A stretch of DNA of 42,955 nucleotides, taken from the NCBI RefSeq assembly GCF_001194135.2, contig NC_068989.1, positions 61,636,233 through 61,679,187 of the forward strand, given 5' to 3'. Origin of the DNA: Octopus bimaculoides (taxonomy: Eukaryota). Under the pieces are notes generated by a model. That model made no database searches. It worked only from the letters and a program-made list of their open reading frames with translations, and was not told where the DNA came from. The position numbers were made by a program, and so were the translations under genes. Shown one piece after another: positions 27,481-38,490 of the stretch; position 1 is the stretch's first letter; each line of letters opens with the position of its first letter.

Positions 27481-27872
27481 GTGGAGGCGCAATGGTCCAG
27501 TGGTTAGGGTAGCGGACTCGCGGTCATAGGATCGCGGTTTCGATTCCCAGACCGGGCGTTGTGAGTGTTTATTGAGCGAAAACACCTAAAAGCCCCACGA
27601 GGCTCCGGCAGGGGATGGTGGCGAACCCTGCTGTACTCTTTCACCACAACTTTCTCTCACTCTTACTTCCTGTTTCTCTTGTGCCTGTAATTCAAAGGGT
27701 CAGCCTTGTCACACTCTGTCACACTGAATATCCCCGAGAACTACGTTAAGGGTACTCGTGTCTGTGGAGTGCTCAGCCACTTGTACGTTAATTTGACGAG
27801 CAGGCTGTTCCTTTGATCGGATCAACTGGAACCCTCATCGTTGTAAACGACGGAGTGCCAACAACAACAACC
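27481..27872 (+). mobile_element. Full-length tRNA-derived SINE (family B) with (AAC)n tail and probable TSD
   Basis: The head GGCGCAATGGTCCAGTGGTTAGGG...GGTTTCGATTCCC contains A- and B-box-like motifs. The tail is GTGCC(AAC)n. Flanks are ATAGTCACA (27472-27480) and ATAGGCACA (27873-27881). A second copy lies at 36878-37124. Confidence 0.92.
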
Positions 27873-27877
27873 ATAGG

Positions 27878-28058
27878 CACAAAGCCGGAGATGTGGTGGG
27901 AGTAGACTAGTCGATTAAATTGAACTGATAACTAAATTGCTATTCATTTCAACAAGTAAAAGTCGCCCACGGTGAAATTTCAACTCAGGACGTAAAACAG
28001 ACGAAAGGCCGCTAAACATTTTTTTTTTTTTTGGCGTACTTAACTATACCATCTCGCC
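27878..28058 (-). mobile_element. SINE family A copy, decayed
   Basis: AAAAGTCGCCCACGGTGAAATTTCAACTCAGGACGTAAAACAGACGAAAGGCCGCTAAACATTTT. Confidence 0.7.
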
Positions 28059-28059
28059 A

Positions 28060-28400
28060 CAGAGAAGAATAAGAATTAAAACACTGACGTTCTGTGTCTC
28101 TAAGTTTCCTTATCTCAATAACTCGTGTTTGCTGTGAACACTCAATCTTTTGAAAGGAAAAGGTTATGTCTGAAGAGAAAATACAACAGTGATCAAATAT
28201 TGACATATTTAAGATAAATATGATATTGTTTGATGTGTCATTAATTTCTGTGGACATGATTATCACTTTGGCAGACATCAGTAAATAAGTTGTTTGCGGA
28301 TTTGTAAACAAGTGCTGCACTTTGTGTTTTGTTTAGTTCATTGATCTGGCGGTTGCTTTCACTGAAGAGACGAAACCAGGTAGAAACATCAGTGTTTCAA
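28060..28400 (+). mobile_element. Possible very old Penelope-like 3' end (EN C-terminus plus degenerate HHR)
   Basis: Frameshifted fragments PYLNNS..LCL/EEKIQ/VIKY..CVINFCGHDYHF resemble the EN end (C.LCL.EK..I..CRH). They are followed by CTGAAGAG...GAAACATCAG at about 28363-28392. Confidence 0.3.
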
Positions 28401-28540
28401 TGTTTCAATGTTTCGTAACCTCATTAAATTGATTATGTCGTCTACAGGCATTATCAGCATGGAGATATTCTCCGAAGTTGAAATACTAATGTGATTAGCT
28501 TGTTCAGATGCTAAAAGTATTGTGGTATGACTCTAAGACT

Positions 28541-28718
28541 AGCACTAGCAGCATCGTTAGCACTCCGGACAAAATGCTTAGATGCATTTCGTGGAATGAA
28601 TTTGCCTTTCATTCTTATAGGATTGATGAAGTAACTACTAATTGAGTAACGGGATCGATTCGACTAGTATACTTCCTCCACCAAAATATTCAAAAATCGT
28701 GCCTCTAGTAGAACGGGT
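28541..28718 (+). mobile_element. SINE family A copy with internal deletion
   Basis: GCAGCATCGTTAGCACTCCGGACAAAATGCTTAG..GCATTTCGT...TTTGCCTTTCATTC. Confidence 0.75.
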
Positions 28719-29479
28719 TACTGCAAAATGGATGGTAGCATTTCTTTTGGATAATGTCAACATCAGTGATATAATGCAAAAACCAAGAATCCAAAGTATA
28801 CCAGAATGCATACAATGTGCTTCCATTATCTGATGTGGCACACAATAGCAAAAGAATAAGCTGCAAGTAGTTGCGTGACCTGGCCAGGTAAATACTTAGT
28901 CCTACCCAAACTCCTTTGTTTACAATACAGTACATTCAAATATATGACGCTCAATCTTGCCGACTATTGAAAGATCATTACAGCTGGTTTTTACAAGAGA
29001 TTGACCAAGGAGAACTCTCCAAAGCTTGATGCAAAATATTGGTTATACAGTTCATATATGTAATCGAATTCACAATGTTCCTTAACCGCAAAATGAAGAT
29101 ATGTTCCTCAAATACAGCTTTGATAAATGATGTAGCATAATGTAGCGCGATGATTCAATGGTGAGAAATCTGTGCTAAGTGGTTATGTTAATATGTGAAG
29201 CAACAGTGCAAAGAAATTGCGTAGGATAACCTAAGTCAAATGAAGTACCTGATTGCAACGAAGTGATACCTACATTAACAGGTAGCGAAGCTTTCGAAGA
29301 AATGGCCTTTCAGCGATGTCAATCACAGTTTCCGGCTTTCCATGGTCGTTTGCGCTATATTATAGAATCAGCTTGTACACTGGGAATTTGTAATTGTAAG
29401 ATCACCACTTAAGCATTCCTGCGACTATAATAGTTTCAAATAGGCACATGTTCAGCAATTTTGATTACACACACAGACA

Positions 29480-29519
<40 letters not shown>

Positions 29520-29683
29520 ATATATATATATATACTGTTTTAAATGTAAATCTGTAGATATTGACGCGTGATTCTCTCCTAATATTAATGCATTCGCAGT
29601 TGAAATATTTTAAAAATCACATCATTAAAGTTTAAAAAAGAAAGAAAAACACTGTTAAATACATTCAGCTAGTTGATACCTTA

Positions 29684-30047
29684 GAAATTTCGAACCTAGG
29701 TTCTCATTTCTAAGGTATTTTTAGATGTTATTATTATGGTCACTGCCTGTAATCGAACTCGGAATCTTGGGGTTAGTATCCCACGCTCTTAACCACGACT
29801 GAGTTCGATTATATGCAGTGACCTGAATAATAACGATAATAAGAATAATAATATAATAATAAGAATAACAACATCGAAAAATACCTTAGGATTTAGAACC
29901 CAGGTTCGAAATTTCCCCAAGACACCTGATGAAGCCTGGAGGATATATCAGCCGAAACGTTGTGTTAACAACAACCAAGGTGAGGACAAATATCCGTCAA
30001 ATGTAAATAATGTACAGAATTCCCCATCTCTTAAATATAGAACTGTA
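29684..30047 (+). mobile_element. Family H element: inverted tRNA-like head, (AAT)n spacer, HHR-bearing body and 3' terminus
   Basis: Positions 29684-29760 are an inverted copy of 29801-29915. The minus strand of 29739-29796 reads GTGGTTAAGAGCGTGGGATACTAACCCCAAGATTCCGAGTTCGATTACAGGCAGTGACC, with A-box-like and T-loop/B-box motifs. The body contains an HHR and ends ...CTCTTAAATATAGAACTGTA. Confidence 0.85.
29921..29966 (+). ncRNA. Minimal type I hammerhead ribozyme motif
   Basis: GACAC CTGATGA a GcCTG gaggatatat CAGCC GAAAC GTT GTGTT: stem I GACAC/GTGTT, one mismatch in stem II, palindromic AACGTT. Confidence 0.7.
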
Positions 30048-30914
30048 TTTTAGAATATATGTGTAAAATTTTCAAGTTACCTTTTGCTTTTATTTGGCAA
30101 TATTTACAATAATTTTTTCTTAATTGCTAAAATGTGTTGCTTTTTCATTATAGAATTAATGGAATCTTTTACTAGATGAAATGATATCGTATGGATGTTC
30201 CATACGATTGAAATCTTAATTTTCTTTGACATTTAAAAAAACAAAAAACAAAAAAAAACAAATGTCAGATATATCGTGCATTCAGCGCCTATGGCTCCAT
30301 TATATCATAAAAGTGAAAAATGTAAAAACCATCTATTTCGGCTGGTGATTATTTGGTTAATTACAAATTGAGAAATATTTTGCTGAGGCGCAAGAGAATC
30401 ACAGATGTTATCGTCACATACATATATTTTAGTGATCCTCGCCAACTAAATAGATTGCGTTTTGTTGAAAGAATCGTCTTTTTCTAAAATATATGAATAG
30501 TCTAAAATATTTTGATACTTAATCTTGGTTAATCTATCTTAATAAATATTAATATAATTTTATAAATGTGATATTAACGAACAGGTGTCAGATTAATATT
30601 TACACTTTTATGGTCCTGCTGGAATTTGAACTTAGAAAAATGGAAACATTTAGATTATTACTAAGCAATGAAGACCGACTTGCTAATATTTTACTTATTT
30701 GCCTAATTGAACTTGTATACAATACTATATTTTTAGCAACGAACAGCTTATGGCGGATAATTTCTCTTAAGCTTTGATCGCAAACATTTTGTTTTGTTTT
30801 ATTCTTTCTTATTCACATTCAGCAGTGTTCATATTAATTTTATCATGTGTAGTTCAGTTATAACGAACACATACGTAAGTGGTTGACTCTTTATTTAGTA
30901 TTGACTCCGAACTA

Positions 30915-31063
30915 TGGCATGAGGTCAGGAATTATGATGGTGGGGCTAAGCCGACTACATGGATCCCAAAAGGATAACATTCAAACTAGACTGACGGGAT
31001 TCGAACAAAGAGCGTAAAGACAGACGAAATGCCGTTAAGCAGTTTGCTCGGTGTGCTCCTCAC
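30915..31063 (-). mobile_element. SINE family A copy, decayed and deleted
   Basis: GGATTCGAAC..AGAGCGTAAAGACAGACGAAATGCCGTTAAGCAGTTTGCTCGGTGTGCT. Confidence 0.65.
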
Positions 31064-31799
31064 CTATTAATTTAGTATTAATCTAAATTTGTATGAACAA
31101 ATACATAATGGTCATCTGAAAGTGACTATGAACAAATAATTTCCCAATGCTTCCATTATTTACTTTAATCACCTATCTTCTCGCGAGCCGACATGGATAC
31201 CCTCTCGATCCTTCTATTCTCAAATAAGCAGAATACCAAGGATGTGACAGTGGAATGAATAGAGGGTAATGGTTTCATGCGGCTGGCAAAAACTTTCACC
31301 TGCATAGATTAGAGTAACCAGAAATTAAATACGTTGCTAAACAAAACAATATGCCACTTCCTGCAACAATGGAACACCTAGTGTTAGGATTGTCATCCCA
31401 GCAAATTAACCACAAAACTGGTATAGCTCATGTACAATTAGTGCAAGTCATTTATCTGAACTTTTTTTTCCAATTAACTAGTGTTCAAAAATTACTCATC
31501 CCCACCCATCATCAGTCCAGTCCATAACTGAATGTCTATTTTCTAAAATAAAATACTGGAAGAAAACTAAACATTATATGGAGTAACAAAACGTAGTTCC
31601 TGTACATTTGTTGACCTTTGCTTAATCATATCTGGTGCTAATAATGCAGTAAATACCATTTACATTATTATTATTATGTTAAATCATAATTACTATACAT
31701 TCCGCTGAGCTGTTGTGCGAAATACATTGATTTTATAACAGGTGGTTTTTTAATAACATAAAATACAATGATAATGATATTTTGGTGCTAATAGACAAT

Positions 31800-32572
31800 T
31801 AGTGCTGGTTAAGCGAAACCAGTGCCATATTTAGAAACAGTGGCCCAAATGTACCCAAGAATTTATGAAAACCCAAAGTATGCAAGGTTTGCGTTGGGTA
31901 TCGACAAATACAGCGGATATTTATAATGAATGCCTCAAGTTTTGTCTGAGATTGGCTCAAGATCAGAATCATCTTGGTTGGTCGTTAATGTTTTTGCCAT
32001 GCATCAGTATATAAGGAACAACACAATCAGTTTCAAACTTCCTAAAATTCTCCAGAATGCCCTGTCAGTCAGGATTCTTTAAATATTTATACAGAATACA
32101 TGCTACTGAAGGACAAAGATGATCGATAATACTTTGCAACAATTTTTCCGTGCAAAATTTGATTTGCAAAAGGCAGAATTTATTTGATATTGGAAATATA
32201 TTCCTTCTGAATCGATCGGATTCATTGAAAATCATAATTGGCTTCTACTACTACGAGAAAACGAAAATTGATGACATATTTGAATGAATTTAAAAAAAAA
32301 AAAATCATGTCATTGATGCACAAGTTCTGTACTTCGAATAAAAATGTCTTCTGGATCCATTTAAAAAATCAGAGTATACGAGTGAAAAACGAATGTTAGG
32401 TAAAAATTAAATCTAGCGCTTTTCTATTTCTGTCGACTCACCATCATATATTAATGTCTCTTGTTATATATGTATATTTAAACGTCTCAAATTTGTGCTT
32501 GTATACACATCTACACTGTCGATTATGATAATAGGATATCTCTTGACCGATGTGGATGTACTTAAGACACTG
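31800..32572 (-). pseudogene. Decayed coding-like continuation of the RRM ORF, with a putative intron at 32441-32251
   Basis: Donor G|GTGAGT at 32441 and acceptor TTTTCGTTTTCTCGTAG at 32251. Protein-like segments KRYPIIIIDSVDVYTSTNLRRL and KPIMIFNESDRFRRNIFPISNKFCLLQIKFCTEKLLQSIIDHLCPSVACILYKYLKNPD*QGILENFRKFE are present, but stops interrupt every frame that would join them. Confidence 0.35.
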
Positions 32573-32588
32573 CTGAAAATAAAACCAT

Positions 32589-33176
32589 CTATCTTCGCGT
32601 AAGTGCTGTTATCTTTATGGAGATGAGGTGGTAATCGTAATCATAGAAGCTGAAAAAGTGTGATAGACAAATATCTACATTGGAGAAATCTGGTAAAAGT
32701 GCAGCAAGCCTTCCTCTTGACAATTGCATCTCGAAATCTTTGAACGAAGCAAGATTAAAAAATTTATATTTATTTTCACCGGCATGTGGCAGTACATTAG
32801 CGGGTGCAGAGTTTTTGAGTGTCTTCAGGATACGATTCTCAATTGCGGAAATATAGTAATGCTTTTTGTTGAATTCGGTGTTAATTTTTAAATCGGTTGT
32901 CTTTGTTGCCATAATAAGATTTGCAAAAAACCAGGTAGCATGAAACTTAGAATTATCCGAATTTTTAATATCAGAAATTGCTTGTTTTGTATGAAATATA
33001 ACGTACCCACATCGTTTTGTCTCAGAATATGTAAAAGTTTCAGCCTTGTCTATTTTAGATATCGGTTCAAAATATTTTACCAGCGAAGGTGCATCAAAGT
33101 TCTTCGGGAGATCAATTATTAACAAAGTTCTCTTCACCACATCCATTATTCTACTTAACCGGTCGACGTTCAACAT
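32589..33176 (-). CDS. 195-aa ORF with an N-terminal RRM-like domain and possibly a second degenerate RRM
   Basis: This is the longest non-repeat, gap-free ORF in the window. RNP2-like TLLIIDLP and RNP1-like KRCGYVIF have RRM spacing; a weaker second set is HYYISAI / NKYKFFNL. A strong acceptor (T)nGTGTGTCAG lies at 33190-33189, with an in-frame TAA before ATG 33176. Confidence 0.6.
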   Translation of the reverse strand: MLNVDRLSRIMDVVKRTLLIIDLPKNFDAPSLVKYFEPISKIDKAETFTYSETKRCGYVIFHTKQAISDIKNSDNSKFHATWFFANLIMATKTTDLKINTEFNKKHYYISAIENRILKTLKNSAPANVLPHAGENKYKFFNLASFKDFEMQLSRGRLAALLPDFSNVDICLSHFFSFYDYDYHLISIKITALTRR

Positions 33177-33355
33177 TGTATACAATTACTGACACACAAA
33201 AAAAAAAAAATAGAATTAATATTACTGATTTCTAACTGAACATTTAGAATTGGACGAGTATTTAACGGAAAATTTTTTACCAGCATATGTGAACAGTTTA
33301 TTATACGGAGGTGTTACAAATCAGATTTATGTAATTATGTATAGTAATATCCGAC

Positions 33356-34398
33356 TGTGTTCGAGTTGAATGATTCCTGTTAACAAGCAGAAAGATCCCG
33401 AGTTCGTATACTGTTAACTGCTTTGTATTAATTGACAGTTCACTTGCCAGTCATTAATTAAAGATAGATAGCGGTAGCGTTCACTGTTGAGTTCTAATCC
33501 TCATATATAATTGTTTTTAATTCAGTCTACTAGACTATTAATGCTCTCAAGTATAATGCAGCTGTGCCAAATATTTTAGACTATGTGCCATGGAAACAAA
33601 AATATATTATATGTCGATATAAGTGAAGCATTCCCGTGAAATATTAAACAATGATTGTAGGTGAGTCTATCTGTGGTTAATGAAAACCATGAGGATATTC
33701 GTATTTAGCACAGTTTTTATAGGTAAATCTCCTCATAAATCATGATAAAATATAATAACCAATGTTAAATACAATTCTACAGCAAAGGAAACCGATTTGG
33801 TGAGTGGCTCATCATTAAACATTTCTAAAGTCTGAAGCGAGTCAATTGTAAGTCGAATTGGTGTGGCTCGTCTTTCTTCAAGCTACACTAACAGGAAGAG
33901 TTGCACACCGAAACAGGGAAAAGTGAATCATTCACCAATATCGAATAAATGTGTGTTGCCTTTATTGGTGTACTCTATGTTAGAAATTACTAATAAAGTG
34001 AGAGGTGCTACATGAAATTTAAGACTTATGTAATAATAAATTCAACTTACGATGAAAGTAAACAAAGTTTGTTTTAGAAGCGTTGAGATGTATTGAAAGA
34101 TACAGAACTAATTCATTTTATTCTCAAACGCATGATGATGCTAATAAACAGCGTGATCAGGATAAATTATCCATACATTGCAGAAAAATACGTTACCAGC
34201 CAACCATGAGATTCGAACTCACATCCCTGTGATTACGCGTTAAATGTTTATAAATAGCAACATTCATTTGTGTTCGAGTTGAATGACTTCTGTAAGCAAG
34301 AGTAAAGATCCTTAGTTCGTATGATTTTAACTGCCTTGCATTAATTGACAGGTATTACTCACAAATAGATTGGCGGCACTAACACTCTGTAGTTTAAT
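33356..34398. repeat. Diverged direct duplication of about 85-140 bp (33356-33498 and 34269-34398)
   Basis: Both copies share TGTGTTCGAGTTGAATGAYT.CTGT...AAAGATCC..AGTTCGTAT....TTAACTGC.TTG.ATTAATTGACAG. Confidence 0.85.
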
Positions 34399-35491
34399 GA
34401 TTCAGGAATAATGAAATATCGACTTCTGAGCGTTTTGTATTTCGACGAACGGTTGCACACTTACACACACCAACAAGTGCGTAGATTTATGCATGGATGT
34501 CTAACTAAAAAGTCGAGTGTGACACTGGACAGTTTGTTACATTCTACACAGAGATAATCAGGCATTTAAAAGTGGCAAGAATCTTCACTTGTTTTGGCGA
34601 AGTAAAGCTTTTAGTAGGTGAGGTTTAGTAACATCTTATAGTGAAGAATTCAATCATTTCGTGTTGTAAACAAATTATTGATCTCATGCGTATTACTGAT
34701 CTCATTATTCACGAAAATACTGTTATTTTAAGGAGGAGATTAGTAGCTCGAATACTACTTGCGTGGGTTGAAATTCAGATAGTTTATTAACATCAAATGG
34801 TTCGCGTTTACTGAAGTTAATGAGTCTGTATTTACGATCGGGAAACAACCATCGCTTTGTAGTAGTACAAGGAAATATATCAGTGATTAGTTGTCGTACA
34901 TTATACTCTATCAGTCACTTCGAATCCAAAGACTTGTAATATGTATTTTTATTTTGCATTTTTACATGATTTTCTGGCTTTTCAATGAACGTTTAAATAG
35001 TCTGCGCCAATCAAACGCAAAATAATATAAATTTCATTAGATGACGGAACATATATTACCTCGGAGCTACACAAATAGTTTAACTCATTTATTAATGTCT
35101 CTTGACACAGAATAGTTTTTTATTTTATTCATTTGAACCTATTTAGCAGTCCAATGTCAATGGTTTCCAGCATCTTGTTTTGGTGTATGTACTTCCTGGT
35201 TTTGTTACTGTATTTAGTGTTTGTGAAATCAGCATGCACTGCCAGCTCGAGGAGAACTGTTTACTAAAAGAATACCTTTAATTAGATACTGTTTTCGATA
35301 ACTAATTTGATCCGAACTTATCTTAGCAGGAATTATTTTATATACATTGCTGAAGATAAAAGGTTTCACTTCTGGATCGTGCATCATCTACTTCTGGCTT
35401 GTTCCCTTCAACAAAGAAGGGGTATTTAAGTATGATCTACAATAGGAGAAAAAAACTCAAAGCAAAGTATTTATGTTATGTATTAATTGTG

Positions 35492-35715
35492 AAAGGCAGT
35501 GAGCTGACAGGGTCTTTAACACGTCGGGCAAAATGTTTAGTGGCATTTCGTCCGTCTTTACACCCTGAGTTCAAATTCAGCCGAGGCTGACTTTGCCTTT
35601 CATCATTTCGGGTGGGATGGGGTATGTCCATAAGAGTGCCAGTTGAGCACTGAAGTGGATATAATTATCTCATCCCCTTCCACCTGAACTTTGAAATCCA
35701 CCTGAAATTTGAAGA
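35492..35715 (+). mobile_element. SINE family A copy
   Basis: AGGCAGTGAGCTGACAG...CACGTCGGGCAAAATG...GGCATTTCGTCCGTCTTTAC...GAGTTCAAATT..GCCGAGG..GACTTTGCCTTTCATC...CCAGTTGAGCACTG. Confidence 0.88.
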
Positions 35716-36429
35716 CATTATGTATTGACTATACTTACTTAAGAACATAAAGATTCTTGCGACTGCTCGTAAAACTCTGACTGACATGGAATAAAAGTTT
35801 TAAATGTAGCTTAAAAATATCGATCATTCTAGAATAATCTAGAAAAATACCGTTATTTGAGAAGTTTTTTTTTTTAATAGTGAAATCTCAATAATGTGCC
35901 ATGTGAAATTACGCACAACACACACGCATACATAGATATGCAAGCAAACAAAATCACTAAAATAGGCGTATATAGTTATTTATACACATTTTCGTTGGAA
36001 AACACACAGATCTCCATCTATACATACACCTATATATAAGTGCATGTGTATCTCTACATAGATAATTATATACATACATGTCTTGCATGTATCCACGCGT
36101 ATATACTTAAATAAGAAGATGAACAAAGACTGGCACACGTTCAGGTGTTGGTATTATTTAGTTAGAATCTCTTAATGTGGCCACAATCAGTCAATTTATC
36201 TTAATGGCAAAACGCGTTCATGTGTGAAAATATTCTGTGTAGCGAAATAGTTCAGGTAAGTATATTTTGTCTGTATGTGTAATTTATAATTTTTGAATAT
36301 GAAGTTCTTTAATGCTTGTGCGTATATTATCCTTGATGCAGACCATTCATATATATGAAATTTATATATTTCATGTGGATGATTTGCAGGATCGTATGCA
36401 GACGTTGGTATTAAAAGCATCGGAGATCC

Positions 36430-36437
<8 letters not shown>

Positions 36438-36523
<86 letters not shown>

Positions 36524-36527
36524 ATAG
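36438..36527. repeat. (TA)n/(TAGATA)n microsatellite
   Basis: Direct inspection. Confidence 0.97.
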
Positions 36528-36660
36528 TTCAAATTTACAGGAAACAAGAGACAAATACAGGTGAAGTAACAATGAGTAAGTATATTAGTTTAACGTCTCT
36601 AGACTACGCTCTTCGACAGAAAGTATTGAAAAGAAACAAAAACAGAAAGAAAAAAAATGT
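36524..36660 (-). mobile_element. Repeat family P copy with a degenerate HHR-like motif
   Basis: Shares TATAGTT.AAATTTACAG.AAAC and CTACGCTCTTC.ACAGAAAG with 42722-42870. Confidence 0.6.
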
Positions 36661-36877
36661 GTATGAGCAGGAAACTCTAAGCCCTCAAGCCACTTTAGTC
36701 TTACAGTTAATACAAGATATGAATATTTTGTTTTATGTATTAAGTTTTTTCTCTTGTTTATAAAACCAAACTTACGTATCTTTTCTGAATTGAAGGTCAA
36801 TTAAAGAGAAGATGCAGAAATCAGAAATGGATCGAAAAAGAATTTATAACCCAGTTTTTACATGCGTTTACTTATTT

Positions 36878-37124
36878 GGTGGCAAACTATGCTGTACTCT
36901 TTCACCGCAACTTTCTCTCACTCTTACTTCCTGTTTCTGCTGTGCCTGTAATTCAAAGGGTCAGCCTTGTCACACTGTGTCACGCTGAATATCCCCGAGA
37001 ACTACGTTAAGGGTACACGTGTCTGTGGAGTGCTCAGCCACTTGCACGTTAATTTCACGAGCAGGCTGTTCCGTTGATCGGATCAACTGGAACCCTCGAC
37101 GTCGTAAGCGACGGAGTGCCAACA
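36878..37124 (+). mobile_element. 5'-truncated SINE family B copy
   Basis: Nearly collinear with 27617-27862, with few differences by eye. Confidence 0.93.
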
Positions 37125-37981
37125 CTCATATGCAGAACAATATAAAGGCAGTGGGGTGATGGTGGTGGTTGTGGTGATGGTAGTGGTGGTTATGATGGTG
37201 GTAGTGTTTTGTGGGGGCTCTGTGTAACTGTGTCAGTCCATAGCAGAATTAAATCCAATATAATCAAATATAATTAATCAACCAATTGGTTATAAGATCT
37301 CAGCATCTAAGGAATAAATCTTTCCTATATGCTCTGTAGACATCACTTTAGATTACCTTTATTAAAGCTGCACGAATATACTTTATGACTTTGAGCAATG
37401 ATTACTTGCCTATCCCACGAATACAATAACTCAGTTTTCCGTTTGTAATATATATAGCGTATTGACAATACTCAGCCATTCTTCTATTATGTAAATCTAT
37501 TTAATTACTTACAGGTAATCTGTATACTAGTCTCTCATACCTATGCAGTTTTTGGCCCTAAACTTGTCTACTTAAGTGAGGCAGAATTTGAGACTGAAGT
37601 GAGACAGAATACTCTTCGATGACATTCATATTTTTGCTATTCTACACGTTTGAGCATATTATCGTTCGTGATTGTTTTAATTTTTTATATGATTTATTCG
37701 AAATTTTACATTTGATTACCTTTTTGCTGATTCATCTAATACGAGTGTTTACTCTTCGTTCCTAGCAACTGGTTTTATATATGATGGACTTCTCCCGTCG
37801 AGGACGATGAATGAGAGTTTCATTGTTTGCTGAACGACCTGCACAGATCATTTGTTTATAGTACGTACTGCTATAACCTAATGAATTTTTGTTGCTTTTC
37901 TTCAAATTTTATTCACAAATCTCTTGATTTTGTTTTTGGTTTTTACCCTACCAAATTCTGGTGCCTCAAACATTTTAAGTA

Positions 37982-38123
37982 NNNNNNNNNNNNNNNNNNN
38001 NNNNNNNNNNNNNNNNNNNNNNNNNNNNNNNNNNNNNNNNNNNNNNNNNNNNNNNNNNNNNNNNNNNNNNNNNNNNNNNNNNNNNNNNNNNNNNNNNNNN
38101 NNNNNNNNNNNNNNNNNNNNNNN
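37982..38123. other. Assembly gap
   Basis: N run. Confidence 0.97.
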
Positions 38124-38472
38124 GTTTCAGTCATTTGACTGCGGCCATGCTGGAGCACCGCCTTTAGTCGAGCAAATTGACCGCTGGACTTATTCTTTGT
38201 AAGCCTAGTACTTATTCTATCGGTCTCTTTTGGACGTAAACACACTAGCATCGGTTGTCAAGCGATGTTGGGGGGAGAAACAGACACCCAAACATATACA
38301 CACACATATATATATATACGACGGGCTTCTTTCAGTTTCTGTCTACCAAATCCACTCACAAGGCTTTGGTCGGCCCGATGCTATAGTAGAAGACACTTGC
38401 CCAAGTTGCCACGCGGTGGAACTGAACCCAGAACCATGTGGTTGGTAAGCAAGCTACTTACCACACAGCCAC
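38124..38472 (-). mobile_element. CORE-like tRNA-derived SINE (family C), near full length
   Basis: The minus-strand head is AGTGGCTGTGTGGTAAGTAGCTTGCTTACCAACCACATGGTTCTGGGTTCAGTTCCAC, followed by ACTTGGGCAAGTGTCTT (CORE-like). The 3' part is the reverse complement of GTTTCAGTCATTTGACTGCGGCCATGCTGGAGCACCGCC. Confidence 0.88.
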
Positions 38473-38490
38473 TATGTATATATATATTCT

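Noticed and set aside
27484-27556. tRNA gene
   Set aside because: The tRNA-like sequence is the head of a SINE with body, tail and TSD.
32589-33176. Naming the RRM ORF as RdRP, MTPAP/TUT1 or PNMA
   Set aside because: Only generic RRM-like similarity; no catalytic motifs (DLDGD, GS...D.D) were seen.
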